The notes: a model not told the origin generated them from the sequence alone. 64,000 nt of DNA from Bdellovibrionales bacterium (GCA_965217115.1 OZ244239.1:1632001-1696000); one strand, 5' to 3'. Counted from the stretch's first letter, positions 1 to 10,469 are shown. A program made the numbers and translations.

Positions 1-191
1 AGTTTAAGTCGGTGTTGTTGGAGATGGAGCGCTATGATTTTTTCTAGAAAAGGAGGAACTTGATAGGGAGATAACTTGTAAGAGTTCATAGAAATAGCGT
101 ATTTGTTTAGATAGCATTCGTCCAGTGTTTCTAATAACTTAAAATTAAAATAACGATTCAGTGTGTGAGGGTATTTTCAATCTAGAGGTGA

Positions 192-1202
192 TCAAAAGTT
201 CTTAAGAGAGTTAAGGACTGTATTTACAGATAAATATTTCATTTGCTCATGGTTTAAAATGAATTCTTTAGGTGGAGTTAAGGTTCTGACAATTGGACCT
301 CTGGGGGACCAACGGGTGGGAGATTGGGTTGGTGTCAGAGGGTAAAGTCCTATCGTGGGAGTGCCAAGACTGGCGGCCAGGTGAGCAACTCCAGTGCTTG
401 GTGCAATAACTACTTTGGCTTGAGACAAAACAGTTAAAAGTTCGCTAGAGGAGAGTTTTGTATTTAGCCATTGTAGATTATTTACAGTGCTGTTGAGTGT
501 GAGTTTTTCTTGGATGGGAGAGAGCCAAGGGTTGTCGCTGTGGGTTCCAGTGATAACAACTCTATCTGTTTGTATGAGTTGTTCAATAAGCTGAACGTAG
601 TGTAGAGTGGGCCAATTAAGTGCTGAGCCTCCCATGCCTGGATGGATAACGATATAAGACTGAGGTTTGAGGTTGTATTTATTGAGAGAGTTTTCATTTT
701 CTTGATTGATTTTCGATAATGTGAGTTGTAGGTGTGGTAGAGGGGTCGTTTTTTGTTGGAGTAATTTTTCGATGACCTGTTGATTATATTCAGCTTCATG
801 GAGAGTACTTTGATGACGTTTTTGTCTAAGACCCTGTGTGAAAAAAACAAAAGAATGCCATTGACTATGATTGCCTATACGCTTCGGAACACGGCAAATC
901 CAAAGAGCTAGATTGATCCACCATGGAGCGTGAAAAGAGATGGAAAGAGAAAACTGTTCCTGTCGAAGCCATCGACAAAGTTGAAAAAGATTCTTCCAGG
1001 AAAAGTATCGCAAAACTGATTCATAATTTCTTTTGGGGACACTGTTTTCAGGAATGAATTCCAGTCCTCTGGTGATAAGCCATGAGCACTTGTGGTTCTT
1101 GAGAGCAGGAAGTTGATCAATAGGAAGGGTGCAGACAAGATCTCCAATACGATCTACACGAATAAGGAGGGTTTTTTGTGGCTGTGTCGCTTTTATATTC
1201 AT
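192..1202 (-). CDS. Glycosyltransferase family 9 (LPS heptosyltransferase-like)
   Basis: N-terminal LLIRVDRIGDLV, central IHPGMGGSALNW and STGVAHLAASLGTPTIGLY motifs typical of GT9. Confidence 0.85.
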   Translation of the reverse strand: MNIKATQPQKTLLIRVDRIGDLVCTLPIDQLPALKNHKCSWLITRGLEFIPENSVPKRNYESVLRYFSWKNLFQLCRWLRQEQFSLSISFHAPWWINLALWICRVPKRIGNHSQWHSFVFFTQGLRQKRHQSTLHEAEYNQQVIEKLLQQKTTPLPHLQLTLSKINQENENSLNKYNLKPQSYIVIHPGMGGSALNWPTLHYVQLIEQLIQTDRVVITGTHSDNPWLSPIQEKLTLNSTVNNLQWLNTKLSSSELLTVLSQAKVVIAPSTGVAHLAASLGTPTIGLYPLTPTQSPTRWSPRGPIVRTLTPPKEFILNHEQMKYLSVNTVLNSLKNF

Positions 1203-1349
1203 TAGGATGATTTTATAATGAACTTGAGATTAGTGCAAGGCTTGTGCAAGTCCTCTGGAAAGAGATTTTAAGTGAGAGAAATATTTATGAGCGATAAAAT
1301 AATCAATCAAGCGTTGTACTCAGGAGAGAGAACTGGTAGGTTTTTTGCC

Positions 1350-2018
1350 ATGAAGATTGAATCACAGGAAAAAGAATCTGAAATAAGGCGGAAAATAATA
1401 CAAGTTTGTCAGCGCCTATATCAACGGAATATGCTAGCGGCGGCGGATGGCAATGTGAGTTATCGTTTGTCTGATAAAAAAATATTGATAACTCCTACGG
1501 GAAAGCCAAAGGCTTTTATTGGGATTGATGACATTGCAATTGTCAATATTGAAGGAGGTATTCTTGAAGGACAACCTTCCAGTGAGAAGATGATGCACCT
1601 TCAGATTTATAGAAGTTGTCCTCAAGCGGTTTGCGTGGTTCATGCCCATCCACCGACAGCGATTGCTTGGAGTATTGCTTATCCTGAATTAAAAGAATTA
1701 CCCTCTTCAGGTTTGTCTGAAGTGATTTTAGCAGTTGGAAAAATTCCTTTTGTTCCCTATGCGAGGCCAGGAACCATTGATATGGGTGAGGTGTTAAAAT
1801 CCTATCTTCCTGAGTTGAGAGCTATGATCTTATCAAGACATGGAGCCTTGACCTGGGGAGAGAGTTTGGATGAAGCGGTAGGAGGAATGGAGAGGATAGA
1901 GCATTCCTGTGAAATTTTGTTTAAAGCTGAAAGGTTGGGTGGAATTACAGACTTGCCAAAAGAGGAAGTTAATTATTTAAAAGAACTGCGTAGAAAAATA
2001 GGAGATAAAATATTATGA
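1350..2018 (+). CDS. Class II aldolase/adducin family protein (FucA-like; likely methylthioribulose/deoxyribulose-1-P aldolase); start may be 1287
   Basis: DGNVS, ITPTG, PSSE..MHLQIY, VVHAHP, LSRHG motifs; overlaps mtnA start (ATGA). Confidence 0.85.
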   Translation: MKIESQEKESEIRRKIIQVCQRLYQRNMLAAADGNVSYRLSDKKILITPTGKPKAFIGIDDIAIVNIEGGILEGQPSSEKMMHLQIYRSCPQAVCVVHAHPPTAIAWSIAYPELKELPSSGLSEVILAVGKIPFVPYARPGTIDMGEVLKSYLPELRAMILSRHGALTWGESLDEAVGGMERIEHSCEILFKAERLGGITDLPKEEVNYLKELRRKIGDKIL

Positions 2019-3040
2019 AAAATATGATATCAAAATCTCTTAAATATGAACAGGGTCAGATATTTATTTTGAATCAACAAAAACTTCCCCACGGGGAAGA
2101 GTGGTTAAAAAGTCAAACACCTGATGACATGGTGGAATTTATTAAAGAGTTAAAAATACGTGGAGCTCCTCTGATTGGTGTAGCGGCTTGTATCTGTCTG
2201 GCTCAATACGCCTTGTCTGGTGTAAGTCGTGGAGATGTGTTGTTGGCGGAGAAGAAACTGCGTAATTCACGGCCAACGGCAGTTAATTTAATGAACGGCT
2301 TGGACCGTATGTTAAGCGCCTATGAAGTGTCTGGTGGAAAAGCTTCTTCTTTAGAAGAAATGGCTGAAGATATTTTCTTTGAAGATGTGCAGCTTTGTGA
2401 AAAAATAGCAATGAATGGTTCTGAATTAGTGAAAAAAGGCGAGGGAATACTCACTCATTGTAATACGGGAGGTCTGGCGACCGTAGGTGTGGGAACGGCT
2501 TTGGGTGTGATTCAAAGAGTTCATGAAAAAAATAAAGACATTCATGTTTATGTGAATGAAACCCGTCCTCTTTTGCAAGGGGGGAGGTTGACAGCATGGG
2601 AGTTGGATAAAGCTCAAGTTCCCTACACTCTGCTCTGTGATAGTATGGCGGCGCATCTGATGGCAGAGGGAAAGGTGGATCGTGTTTTTGTCGGTGCTGA
2701 TCGTATTGCTAAAAATGGAGATTTTGCTAATAAAATAGGAACTTATTCATTGGCTGTGAATGCAAAATATCACGATGTCCCCTTCTATGTGGTAGCTCCT
2801 TATACGACCATTGATGTTGAATGTGAAAAAGGTAAAGATATTCCCATTGAGCAACGTGGAGAGGATGAGGTTCGAGGGGTTCGGGGTTCTTTTGGCAGTG
2901 TTGTGTGGAGTCCGAAAACTTGTGAAGTTTACAACCCAGCGTTTGATGTAACGCCTGCGAGTTTGGTGACAGGTTGGGTCTTGGATAGAGGTGTTTTTAA
3001 TCGTAAAGAATTTTATCATTTTATAACTGGAGGTATTTAA
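2015..3040 (+). CDS. mtnA: S-methyl-5-thioribose-1-phosphate isomerase
   Basis: IRGAPLIG, SRPTAVNL, THCNTGGLAT, ETRPLLQGGRLTAWEL, GADRI..NGDFANKIGTY, NPAFDVTP. Confidence 0.95.
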   Translation: MKNMISKSLKYEQGQIFILNQQKLPHGEEWLKSQTPDDMVEFIKELKIRGAPLIGVAACICLAQYALSGVSRGDVLLAEKKLRNSRPTAVNLMNGLDRMLSAYEVSGGKASSLEEMAEDIFFEDVQLCEKIAMNGSELVKKGEGILTHCNTGGLATVGVGTALGVIQRVHEKNKDIHVYVNETRPLLQGGRLTAWELDKAQVPYTLLCDSMAAHLMAEGKVDRVFVGADRIAKNGDFANKIGTYSLAVNAKYHDVPFYVVAPYTTIDVECEKGKDIPIEQRGEDEVRGVRGSFGSVVWSPKTCEVYNPAFDVTPASLVTGWVLDRGVFNRKEFYHFITGGI

Positions 3041-3042
3041 GT

Positions 3043-3888
3043 ATGTGGGCTGTTATTGGTGGATCTGGATTTGAAAAATTTGATGCATTTACAATAATTG
3101 AGGAGTTAGAGACTAAGACTTTTTTTGGTGATTGTTCCAGTGGTTTAAAGCGAGTGCGCTTAGGGGATGTTGAGTTTTTATTCTTGCCTCGCCATGGAAC
3201 TTCTCATGAACTCTTACCTTCTGAAATTAATTATCGAGCAAATATTTTTGCTCTAAAGAAGTATGGAGCAAGTAAGGTGATGTCGATATCTGCGGTGGGT
3301 TCCTTGCGAAAGGAGCTAAATCTAGGTGATATGGTTGTGCCTTATCAGTACATTGATCGCACGAAATCTTTGCGTCGACAGACCTTTTGTGGCGATGGAA
3401 TTGTGGGACATGTTTCTTTAGCTAAGCCAGTGACGATGGAGCTGGTTGAGCAGGTACAGGCGGTGGCTGATAAAATGGATTTCAAAATTCATTTTAATAA
3501 AATGGCTATTACAATGGAGGGGCCTGCTTTTTCAACAAAAGCAGAGTCAGATTGTCATCGTCAATTTGGTGGGGACCTTATCGGTATGACGGCCTATCCA
3601 GAATACGCTCTTATTAGAGAGGCGGGATTGGCTTTTTTGCCTTGTAGCTTTGTAACAGATTACGACTGTTGGGATGAGAATCGTCCCCATGTGACTTTGG
3701 AGGCATTCAAAGACGTGATGAGAGTCAATAATCAGAGGGCTTTTAATATGGCATCGGCGCTCATCTCCAATGGTGAGGAAGTGCTGCCACAGGGGTGTCC
3801 AGATCAGGGGTTGAAGACAGGCATTATGACTCCTAGGGATAAGTGGACCAATGAGCAAAAACAGTGGCTTTCAGTGCTTTTGGGCTAA
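3043..3888 (+). CDS. mtnP: 5'-methylthioadenosine phosphorylase
   Basis: IGGSG, FLPRHG, INYRANIFAL, EGPAFSTKAES, GMT..PE, VTDYDCW; adjacent to mtnA. Confidence 0.9.
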   Translation: MWAVIGGSGFEKFDAFTIIEELETKTFFGDCSSGLKRVRLGDVEFLFLPRHGTSHELLPSEINYRANIFALKKYGASKVMSISAVGSLRKELNLGDMVVPYQYIDRTKSLRRQTFCGDGIVGHVSLAKPVTMELVEQVQAVADKMDFKIHFNKMAITMEGPAFSTKAESDCHRQFGGDLIGMTAYPEYALIREAGLAFLPCSFVTDYDCWDENRPHVTLEAFKDVMRVNNQRAFNMASALISNGEEVLPQGCPDQGLKTGIMTPRDKWTNEQKQWLSVLLG

Positions 3889-4027
3889 AGACCATGAATA
3901 TAATTCTCTAAATAGTGTAAAGAGGAGAACAATTGTTTTATGCGCCGAATTATTTTGTTTTTTGCTGCTAAGTAGGTTATTCTCCCAGTTCAACTAAAAT
4001 GACGCTAGGCAGCGAAGGTTTAGAGAA

Positions 4028-4765
4028 ATGACTTACATTGGTTGGATGAAAATTTTTAGAATTGTTGCATTTTGTTTTTACGGAGTGTCTTCCTATGGTC
4101 TAGGTTCTGGTCCACGAGTTAATTTGCTTAATGGCGTTGTCATCGGTGAGATGGATACGACTTCGGGCAAAATTCCGGTTTATGATCGTAGAGCCCATTT
4201 TGGTGGTTGGTTGTCAGATAGGACAAAAAAGACCTGCTTTAATACCCGTGCATTGGTTTTGCAAAGAGATTCAGAGACAACCGTTAAAACGGCAGAAAAT
4301 AATAAATGTCGTGTTACGGGCGGACGTTGGGAAGGGGTTTATTCAGAGGGTTTATTTTTGAAGGGCGGTGACGTGGATATTGACCACATGGTCCCCCTTT
4401 ATAATGCCTATTACTCTGGTGGATGGAAGTGGTCTAATGGCAAACGTTGTCATTACAATAATTATATGGAAAACCCTTATCACTTGATAACAGTTTCAAG
4501 GGTTGAGAATCGCAGTAAGGGTGCTCAGGGCCCTGATGTTTATATGCCTCCTAAGAGGAGCTTTAAATGCAGTTATTTGGCCTTTTGGTTAAGAGTTAAG
4601 AGAATTTGGAAGTTAACGATGACTCCTTTAGAATATAGGACTATTCGTGGGGAACTAAGAGACCTTAAGTGTGATGATACGTTTTACACCATGAAGAAGA
4701 GTGAGTTGCTCAAAGAGTGGCGAAATGTGCGAAATATTCGTGAAGCATGCTCAGACAGGGATTAG
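4028..4765 (+). CDS. Secreted HNH endonuclease (DUF1524-like)
   Basis: Signal-peptide-like N-terminus; DIDHMVPL..AYYSG and NRSKG motifs; paired Cys. Confidence 0.75.
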   Translation: MTYIGWMKIFRIVAFCFYGVSSYGLGSGPRVNLLNGVVIGEMDTTSGKIPVYDRRAHFGGWLSDRTKKTCFNTRALVLQRDSETTVKTAENNKCRVTGGRWEGVYSEGLFLKGGDVDIDHMVPLYNAYYSGGWKWSNGKRCHYNNYMENPYHLITVSRVENRSKGAQGPDVYMPPKRSFKCSYLAFWLRVKRIWKLTMTPLEYRTIRGELRDLKCDDTFYTMKKSELLKEWRNVRNIREACSDRD

Positions 4766-5499
4766 TTATCTAGAAGGAAATGAAGAATTTGCGGAAGATC
4801 CTTGGGGGGCATTACCTCAGGGGGATGGGCGCTTTTGAAGTAAACTTGATTAATCTGAGGAGCTTTCTTAGATACGATGTGTAGGTTTCGTGGGTCGTTG
4901 TCAAAAAACCAAATCTCTTGATATTGCTGGCGCTCTAATGTTTCTTGAAAGAAGGCTAATTTAAATTCGGCATCATTCATGGATTTCTGAGGTTTCAGAA
5001 TCAAATTCCTGTTATTTCCTATAAGGGGTAGAGAGTGTCTTTGCAGTTGTTCGGCAGTGCCTTTTCCCATTCGTTCCACATCTCTTCCAGTTAGGTAAAA
5101 AACATCAGCATATTGCTGAAGAGTTTGGAGATAGTGGACGGCCCCCTCAACAGGAGTGTCGTAAATCAAGTAATCCTCGTGGAAGAAACATTGCAACCAA
5201 TATTCGTAGGCGTCTTTAAGTAGGGGTTCAGGGGATGTGATATTGATACTGGCGAGGGCATCTTGAATTCCCCAGAGATAGCGATTTATATTGATTTTTT
5301 CAATTTGAGGAGCCTGTAGGGAGTATTTTTTTTGAGTTTCAGGGAGAAGAGCAAACTCTCTTAAAATTTGTTGAATTCGAGGGCTGACGTCGAAGAGGGT
5401 TGAGTCAAGATCAAAGACGAGTAGAAATGAGTGCCCCTGCTTTTTTGCAGTCTTACATTTTGAGAGAAGATTTATAAGAAGGCTGGAGTCGTGCGTCAT
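4762..5499 (-). CDS. HAD-superfamily hydrolase
   Basis: Motif I FDLDSTL, motif II YLTGR, motif IV FFDND. Confidence 0.8.
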   Translation of the reverse strand: MTHDSSLLINLLSKCKTAKKQGHSFLLVFDLDSTLFDVSPRIQQILREFALLPETQKKYSLQAPQIEKININRYLWGIQDALASINITSPEPLLKDAYEYWLQCFFHEDYLIYDTPVEGAVHYLQTLQQYADVFYLTGRDVERMGKGTAEQLQRHSLPLIGNNRNLILKPQKSMNDAEFKLAFFQETLERQQYQEIWFFDNDPRNLHIVSKKAPQINQVYFKSAHPPEVMPPKDLPQILHFLLDN

Positions 5500-5613
5500 G
5501 GCAAGGAATGTAACAGGTGAAACAAAAAAAAGTAAAGAGATTCCTCGACCTGTTTGTAGAAAATTGTTATATGCGGTCTAAATAATAAAACGGATAAAAA
5601 AGGGGGGGGGCAT

Positions 5614-6528
5614 ATGAGACAGTTAACAATTATCTTGCTGGTTTTGATGGCTGTTTCAGGCTGCACTCGTGATAGGGGGCCAATCGGTAGCGAAAAAAAC
5701 CCTCTAAAACTTTACTTTGTTCCTTCTGTGGATGCCAAGGTTATTGAAGATAATTCTAAGTCTATTCGTAAATATTTAGAAAAAGAAACGGGGTATAGAT
5801 TTAAGGTCTCTATTCCAGCGTCTTATGTTGCGGTGGTGGAGGCATTTGGCACTAAACGAGCCGATATTTCAGCATTGAATACTTTTGGTTATCTTATGGC
5901 TAATCAGAAATATGGAGCGCAGGCTTTATTGACAGTTCTTCGCTATGGACACGCCACCTATCGGGGGCAGATAGTCACTCGTGCGGATAGTGGTATAGAT
6001 TCTCTTAAAGATCTTGAAGGCAAAAAGTTTGCTTTTGTTGATCCATCATCGACTTCAGGATACTTGCTGGCACTTAAAGAGTTGAAGCAAGCAAAAGTAA
6101 AGCCTAAAAAAACAGTATTTGGATTTAAACACGATAACGTTATTACGATGGTCTATCAAAAGCAGGTGGACGGAGGTGCAACATTTTATTCACCACCTGA
6201 AAATGGCAATATTCAAGATGCTCGTCGTCTGGTTAAAACTCAATTTCCAGATGTGGAAGAAGTGATAAAAATCATAAAGCTAACTGATCCGATACCAAAT
6301 GATCCTATTGTTTTCCGTGAGGACTTGCCTCAAGAGGTGAAACAGAAGGTCGTGGATGCTTTATTAAAATACGTTGGTACGCCTAAGGGAAAAGACGCAT
6401 TTAAGAAGCTCTATGGTGTAACAAATTTACAAAGAGCAACAGACAAAGATTACGATGGTGTTCGTGTTATGTTGAAGACTCTTGGGACGACAGCTCAGGG
6501 CTTACTCTCAAAGAAGAAGAAAAAATAA
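5614..6528 (+). CDS. phnD: Phosphate/phosphite/phosphonate ABC transporter substrate-binding lipoprotein
   Basis: Lipobox VSGC; DLEGKKFAFVDPSSTSGY; IPND. Confidence 0.85.
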   Translation: MRQLTIILLVLMAVSGCTRDRGPIGSEKNPLKLYFVPSVDAKVIEDNSKSIRKYLEKETGYRFKVSIPASYVAVVEAFGTKRADISALNTFGYLMANQKYGAQALLTVLRYGHATYRGQIVTRADSGIDSLKDLEGKKFAFVDPSSTSGYLLALKELKQAKVKPKKTVFGFKHDNVITMVYQKQVDGGATFYSPPENGNIQDARRLVKTQFPDVEEVIKIIKLTDPIPNDPIVFREDLPQEVKQKVVDALLKYVGTPKGKDAFKKLYGVTNLQRATDKDYDGVRVMLKTLGTTAQGLLSKKKKK

Positions 6529-6553
6529 TTAGAGGAAAAATCGCGAACAGAAG

Positions 6554-7336
6554 GTGGAAAAAATTTTAGGAAATAAAATCTTATCAGTGAAAAAATTAGA
6601 AAAGACCTACCCCAATGGTGTTCAGGCATTGAGGGGCATTGATTTGGATGTCTATAAGGGGGAATTTTTAGTTATTATTGGTTTGAGTGGTTCTGGTAAA
6701 TCTACTTTACTACGTTGTTTGAATCGACTTCATGAGCCAACCAATGGTGAAATTATTTATAACGACACAGATATTGCCAAGGTTCAGGGTGGTGATATTC
6801 GTCATTTGCGCAAAAAAATGGCGATGATATTTCAACAATTCAATCTTATTGAGAGGCACTCTGTGTTGAGTAATGTTTTAATGGGTCAACTGGGGAACAC
6901 AAGAACTTTTGCGTCAATTTTTGGTTTGTTTTCTGAAAAATGTAAGAAGAAGGCTTTAGAGTATTTAAGTCTTGTTGGAATTGTAGATAAGGCACAAAAC
7001 CGTGCAGATCAATTATCTGGTGGTCAACAGCAGCGTGTGGCTATTGCTAGAGCGTTGATGCAGGACCCAGATGTTTTGTTGGCTGATGAGCCTGTAGCGA
7101 GTTTGGACCCAGCGACCTGTCATGTGGTGATGGATTATTTAAAAAAAGTGAACGAAGAATTAGGAATTACAATTATTTGTAATTTGCATTTTTTAAGTTT
7201 GGTTCGTCAGTACGCAACGCGAGTGATCGCCTTGAAGGCGGGAAATGTGGTCTACGAGGGAAGCCCTAAAAACATTGATGAAAGTTGGTTTGAAAGAATT
7301 TATGGAGAAGGGGCCAAGGAAGTTCATGTCGATTAA
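6554..7336 (+). CDS. phnC: Phosphonate ABC transporter ATP-binding protein
   Basis: GLSGSGKSTLLR, LSGGQQQRVAIARAL, LADEPVASLDP, NLH. Confidence 0.92.
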   Translation: MEKILGNKILSVKKLEKTYPNGVQALRGIDLDVYKGEFLVIIGLSGSGKSTLLRCLNRLHEPTNGEIIYNDTDIAKVQGGDIRHLRKKMAMIFQQFNLIERHSVLSNVLMGQLGNTRTFASIFGLFSEKCKKKALEYLSLVGIVDKAQNRADQLSGGQQQRVAIARALMQDPDVLLADEPVASLDPATCHVVMDYLKKVNEELGITIICNLHFLSLVRQYATRVIALKAGNVVYEGSPKNIDESWFERIYGEGAKEVHVD

Positions 7337-7351
7337 AGAGGTTTCTATTTT

Positions 7352-8368
7352 ATGATGAAGCGAATGATTTTTGATTCTATTATTATTGGTTATTTTTTCA
7401 CTGTGATTCTGGTGGTGTTAGTCCAACCAGCTGAAGACTATATGCTGGAGTTACAGCGAAATACTTTTATTTTTTTGGGTCTGATAATTGCCGGTGGATT
7501 GCTGAGTTTTATTCTCAATAAAAAAGGGATTAAAACTTTGGGGGGGGCTCTTTTTGCGTCGCCTCAGAGGGAAAATTTAGAAAAAGCAGAGACTTGGTAT
7601 AAGACATTTTGGGGTATTGAATTTATTTTAGTCTTTGTTGTGACTTGTATCGTCGGAGCCTACCAAACAGACTTTAGTTTGTATGAGCTTTTTGATGAGA
7701 ATGGCTTTGCGGGCATGGTTCGTTTAATGACTGGTATTATCAATCCTAATTTTGATGTTCTTCCTGAAGCTGTGATGAATGTGATTGAAACTATTTTTAT
7801 TGCCTTTATGGCGACTGTGATTGCTATTCCAGCGGCTTTTGTTTTGAGTTTTCTATGTGCAAAAAATGTAATGACTCATCCAGCGGCTTTTGTCGTGTAT
7901 GTGGTGTTACGTTTTGTGTTGAATGTGACTCGTTCGGTAGAAGCTTTGGTTTGGGCAATTATTTTCTCTGTTTGGGTGGGGATTGGCCCTTTTGCTGGAA
8001 TGTTGGCTTTGATGCTTCATTCGGTGGCATCTTTAGCGAAGCAGTATTCTGAAATTGTGGAATGTGCTGATGATGGGCCAATAGAAGGTATCTTGGCAAC
8101 AGGAGCAAACCCTTTACAGGTGGTTTGGTTTGCGATTGTGCCTCAGATTGTTTTACCCTATGTCTCTTTTACTATTTATCGTTGGGATATCAATGTGAGA
8201 ATGGCAACAATCATTGGTCTTGTTGGTGGTGGTGGTATTGGAACTATGTTGATCAAGTTTCAAGGACAGGCGATGTGGCCAGAGGTGGGTTGTATTATTG
8301 TAGTCATTGCAGCTGTCGTGTGGTTAATGGATACGGCTTCGGCATATATACGAGAGGCAATTAAATAA
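7352..8368 (+). CDS. phnE: Phosphonate ABC transporter permease with N-terminal extension
   Basis: YRWDINVRMATIIGLVGGGGIG signature; multiple TM segments. Confidence 0.9.
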   Translation: MMKRMIFDSIIIGYFFTVILVVLVQPAEDYMLELQRNTFIFLGLIIAGGLLSFILNKKGIKTLGGALFASPQRENLEKAETWYKTFWGIEFILVFVVTCIVGAYQTDFSLYELFDENGFAGMVRLMTGIINPNFDVLPEAVMNVIETIFIAFMATVIAIPAAFVLSFLCAKNVMTHPAAFVVYVVLRFVLNVTRSVEALVWAIIFSVWVGIGPFAGMLALMLHSVASLAKQYSEIVECADDGPIEGILATGANPLQVVWFAIVPQIVLPYVSFTIYRWDINVRMATIIGLVGGGGIGTMLIKFQGQAMWPEVGCIIVVIAAVVWLMDTASAYIREAIK

Positions 8369-8385
8369 TCTAAGGAGGATTGAGT

Positions 8386-9132
8386 ATGCGCATTTTTTTA
8401 TTGGTAACAGTGCTTTTGGCAAGTCAATTTTCTCTTGGATTGCAGACGTTATTTTGTGTAAATGGAGTAAAGAGTGATCGTGTAATAGATTTGTCATCTC
8501 TTATAGCAGAACCTTCTTTTGAGTTAAAGATACAGCCAGATAAGAAAAATTCTTTCTATGTATCTATCATGGAAAGATTAAATAATAGAGGGAAACACAT
8601 TTTATCTTGGAAAAAGGTGCCTTGTTACACCAGAGGGTTTGGTTTTTGGAAATGTTATAATAGAAGTCGATTGATCTTAAAAGTGAAAAATTTAACAGAA
8701 GACCTAGAAGATAGGGGTGCTAACCCTATCCATGTCTCGTGGGTATCAGATCGGAGAACCCGTCTTAGGGGCAAAAAGAAAGGTATAGAATTTTCCGAGC
8801 ATGATTGTTCATATAACAGAAAAACTTATATAATTAATTACTTACGACCTGGTTATGACCCCCACGGGCATGTGATTTATCGCTATCATAAAAAAACGAA
8901 TGGCAAATTTTCGGAATTACATAGAGGAGTTTCAGTGAATAATTGCTATGAGGGAAAAAGTGAGAAGGTTAGGGAAATTCTTGAAAAATTATTGAAAAAT
9001 GATGGGTCCATAGATAAGTATTTAATATCTGATCTACAAATCAAAAAAGATCGATCGATTGAAGTCTCTCTTAAACTTGAAAGAGATAATATTGAGGAAA
9101 AAGAAACTCTTCATTTATCTCTTTGTAACTAA
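8386..9132 (+). CDS. Hypothetical secreted basic protein
   Basis: Strong SD AAGGAGG before ATG 8386; signal-peptide-like start; no recognisable motif. Confidence 0.6.
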   Translation: MRIFLLVTVLLASQFSLGLQTLFCVNGVKSDRVIDLSSLIAEPSFELKIQPDKKNSFYVSIMERLNNRGKHILSWKKVPCYTRGFGFWKCYNRSRLILKVKNLTEDLEDRGANPIHVSWVSDRRTRLRGKKKGIEFSEHDCSYNRKTYIINYLRPGYDPHGHVIYRYHKKTNGKFSELHRGVSVNNCYEGKSEKVREILEKLLKNDGSIDKYLISDLQIKKDRSIEVSLKLERDNIEEKETLHLSLCN

Positions 9133-10452
9133 TCATAAGATATTAAGAGAGAGTTCCATGGAGTTTTGAGCTTCAAGTATCTGCTTATTGCGACGCTCTT
9201 TTTTGTCACGAATGTGTTCTTTGAGTGGGGGGAATAACCCAAAATTAATGTTGATTGGTTGAAAGTGATCCATGCGTTCTTTAGCTGTGATGCCTTGGAG
9301 TAAAGAGCCTAAGGCTGTGGCGCGATGGGGAGGGGTGAAATTCTGACCATTTAGTTTTTGTGTTAAAAAATGGGAGACGAGTAAGCCCGTGCAGGTAGAT
9401 TCAAAGTAGCCTTCGACGCCTGTTATTTGACCAGCAAAAAATAGCAAAGGATCTTTTTGGCAAGACAGGTCTTTATTGAGTTTTTTAGGAGTATTGATGT
9501 AGAGGTTGCGATGAATACTGCCGAGCTTGAGAAAATCAGCATTTTCTAAGCCAGGGATAAGTTTAAAAACGTCCTTTTGTGCCTTGTAAGTCATCTTCGT
9601 TTGAAAACCAACCATGTTATAGGCTGTGGCTTCTTTGTTTTCCTGTCTTAATTGCACAATGGCATAGGTTTCTTTGCCCGTTTGCGGTAGATAGAGTCCC
9701 TTCGGTTTCATGGGGCCAAAGCGGGGAGTTTCTGGACCGCGTTCAACCATAACTTCAATAGGCATACAGCCTTCAAAATAAGGGATTTTTTCAAATCCTT
9801 TAGGCTCAACTTTCTCAGCCTCTCTCATGGCATTTATCAAGGTGTAATATTGGTCTTTGTTTAGGGGGCAGTTGATGTAGTCATCAGTGCCTTTTCCGTA
9901 GCGATCGGCTTTCCATGCGATATCCATGTTAATGGATTCGGTGTCAATAATGGGGGCAATGGCATCAAAAAAATAAAGAAATTCATCACCGAAGTATTTC
10001 TGCATATTGGTTGCTAGATGAGGGTGAGTGAGTGGCCCAGTGGCGATGACAGCAGGTCTAGGGATTTGAGAAAAATCGGTGATAACGTTTTTTGAAACGG
10101 TGATATTGGGATGGTCATTTATTTGTGTGGTGATCGATTGAGAAAATTTTTCACGATCGATACCTAGAGCCATACCAGCAGGAACTTGTGTATCAAGAGC
10201 TGTCTTGAGAATGTAACTGTTCAGTTTTTCGGCTTCCCATTTGAGTTGTCCAGGAGCTGTGGTGACCTGTAAGTTACCGAAAGAATTAGAGCAAACGAGC
10301 TCGGCAAAGAGATTGGTTTTATGGGCGGGGGTCATGGTTTGGCTTCTCATTTCTATGAGGTGAACTTTAAAATTTCTGTGAGCTAATTGTAGAGCACATT
10401 CACTGCCAGCAAGCCCCGCTCCAACGATAGTGATTGTCTTGGGTGTGTTCAT
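9133..10452 (-). CDS. trmFO: FADH2-dependent tRNA (uracil-54) methyltransferase
   Basis: GAGLAGSE, AELVCSNS, FFDAIAPI, YFEGCMPIE, FGPMKPKGL, AGQITGVEGY. Confidence 0.96.
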   Translation of the reverse strand: MNTPKTITIVGAGLAGSECALQLAHRNFKVHLIEMRSQTMTPAHKTNLFAELVCSNSFGNLQVTTAPGQLKWEAEKLNSYILKTALDTQVPAGMALGIDREKFSQSITTQINDHPNITVSKNVITDFSQIPRPAVIATGPLTHPHLATNMQKYFGDEFLYFFDAIAPIIDTESINMDIAWKADRYGKGTDDYINCPLNKDQYYTLINAMREAEKVEPKGFEKIPYFEGCMPIEVMVERGPETPRFGPMKPKGLYLPQTGKETYAIVQLRQENKEATAYNMVGFQTKMTYKAQKDVFKLIPGLENADFLKLGSIHRNLYINTPKKLNKDLSCQKDPLLFFAGQITGVEGYFESTCTGLLVSHFLTQKLNGQNFTPPHRATALGSLLQGITAKERMDHFQPININFGLFPPLKEHIRDKKERRNKQILEAQNSMELSLNIL

Positions 10453-10469
10453 CGTGTATTCCTAGAAGT

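Noticed and set aside
1..47. 3' end of an upstream + strand CDS
   Set aside because: An open frame ends at TAG 45-47, but it is too short to support a call.
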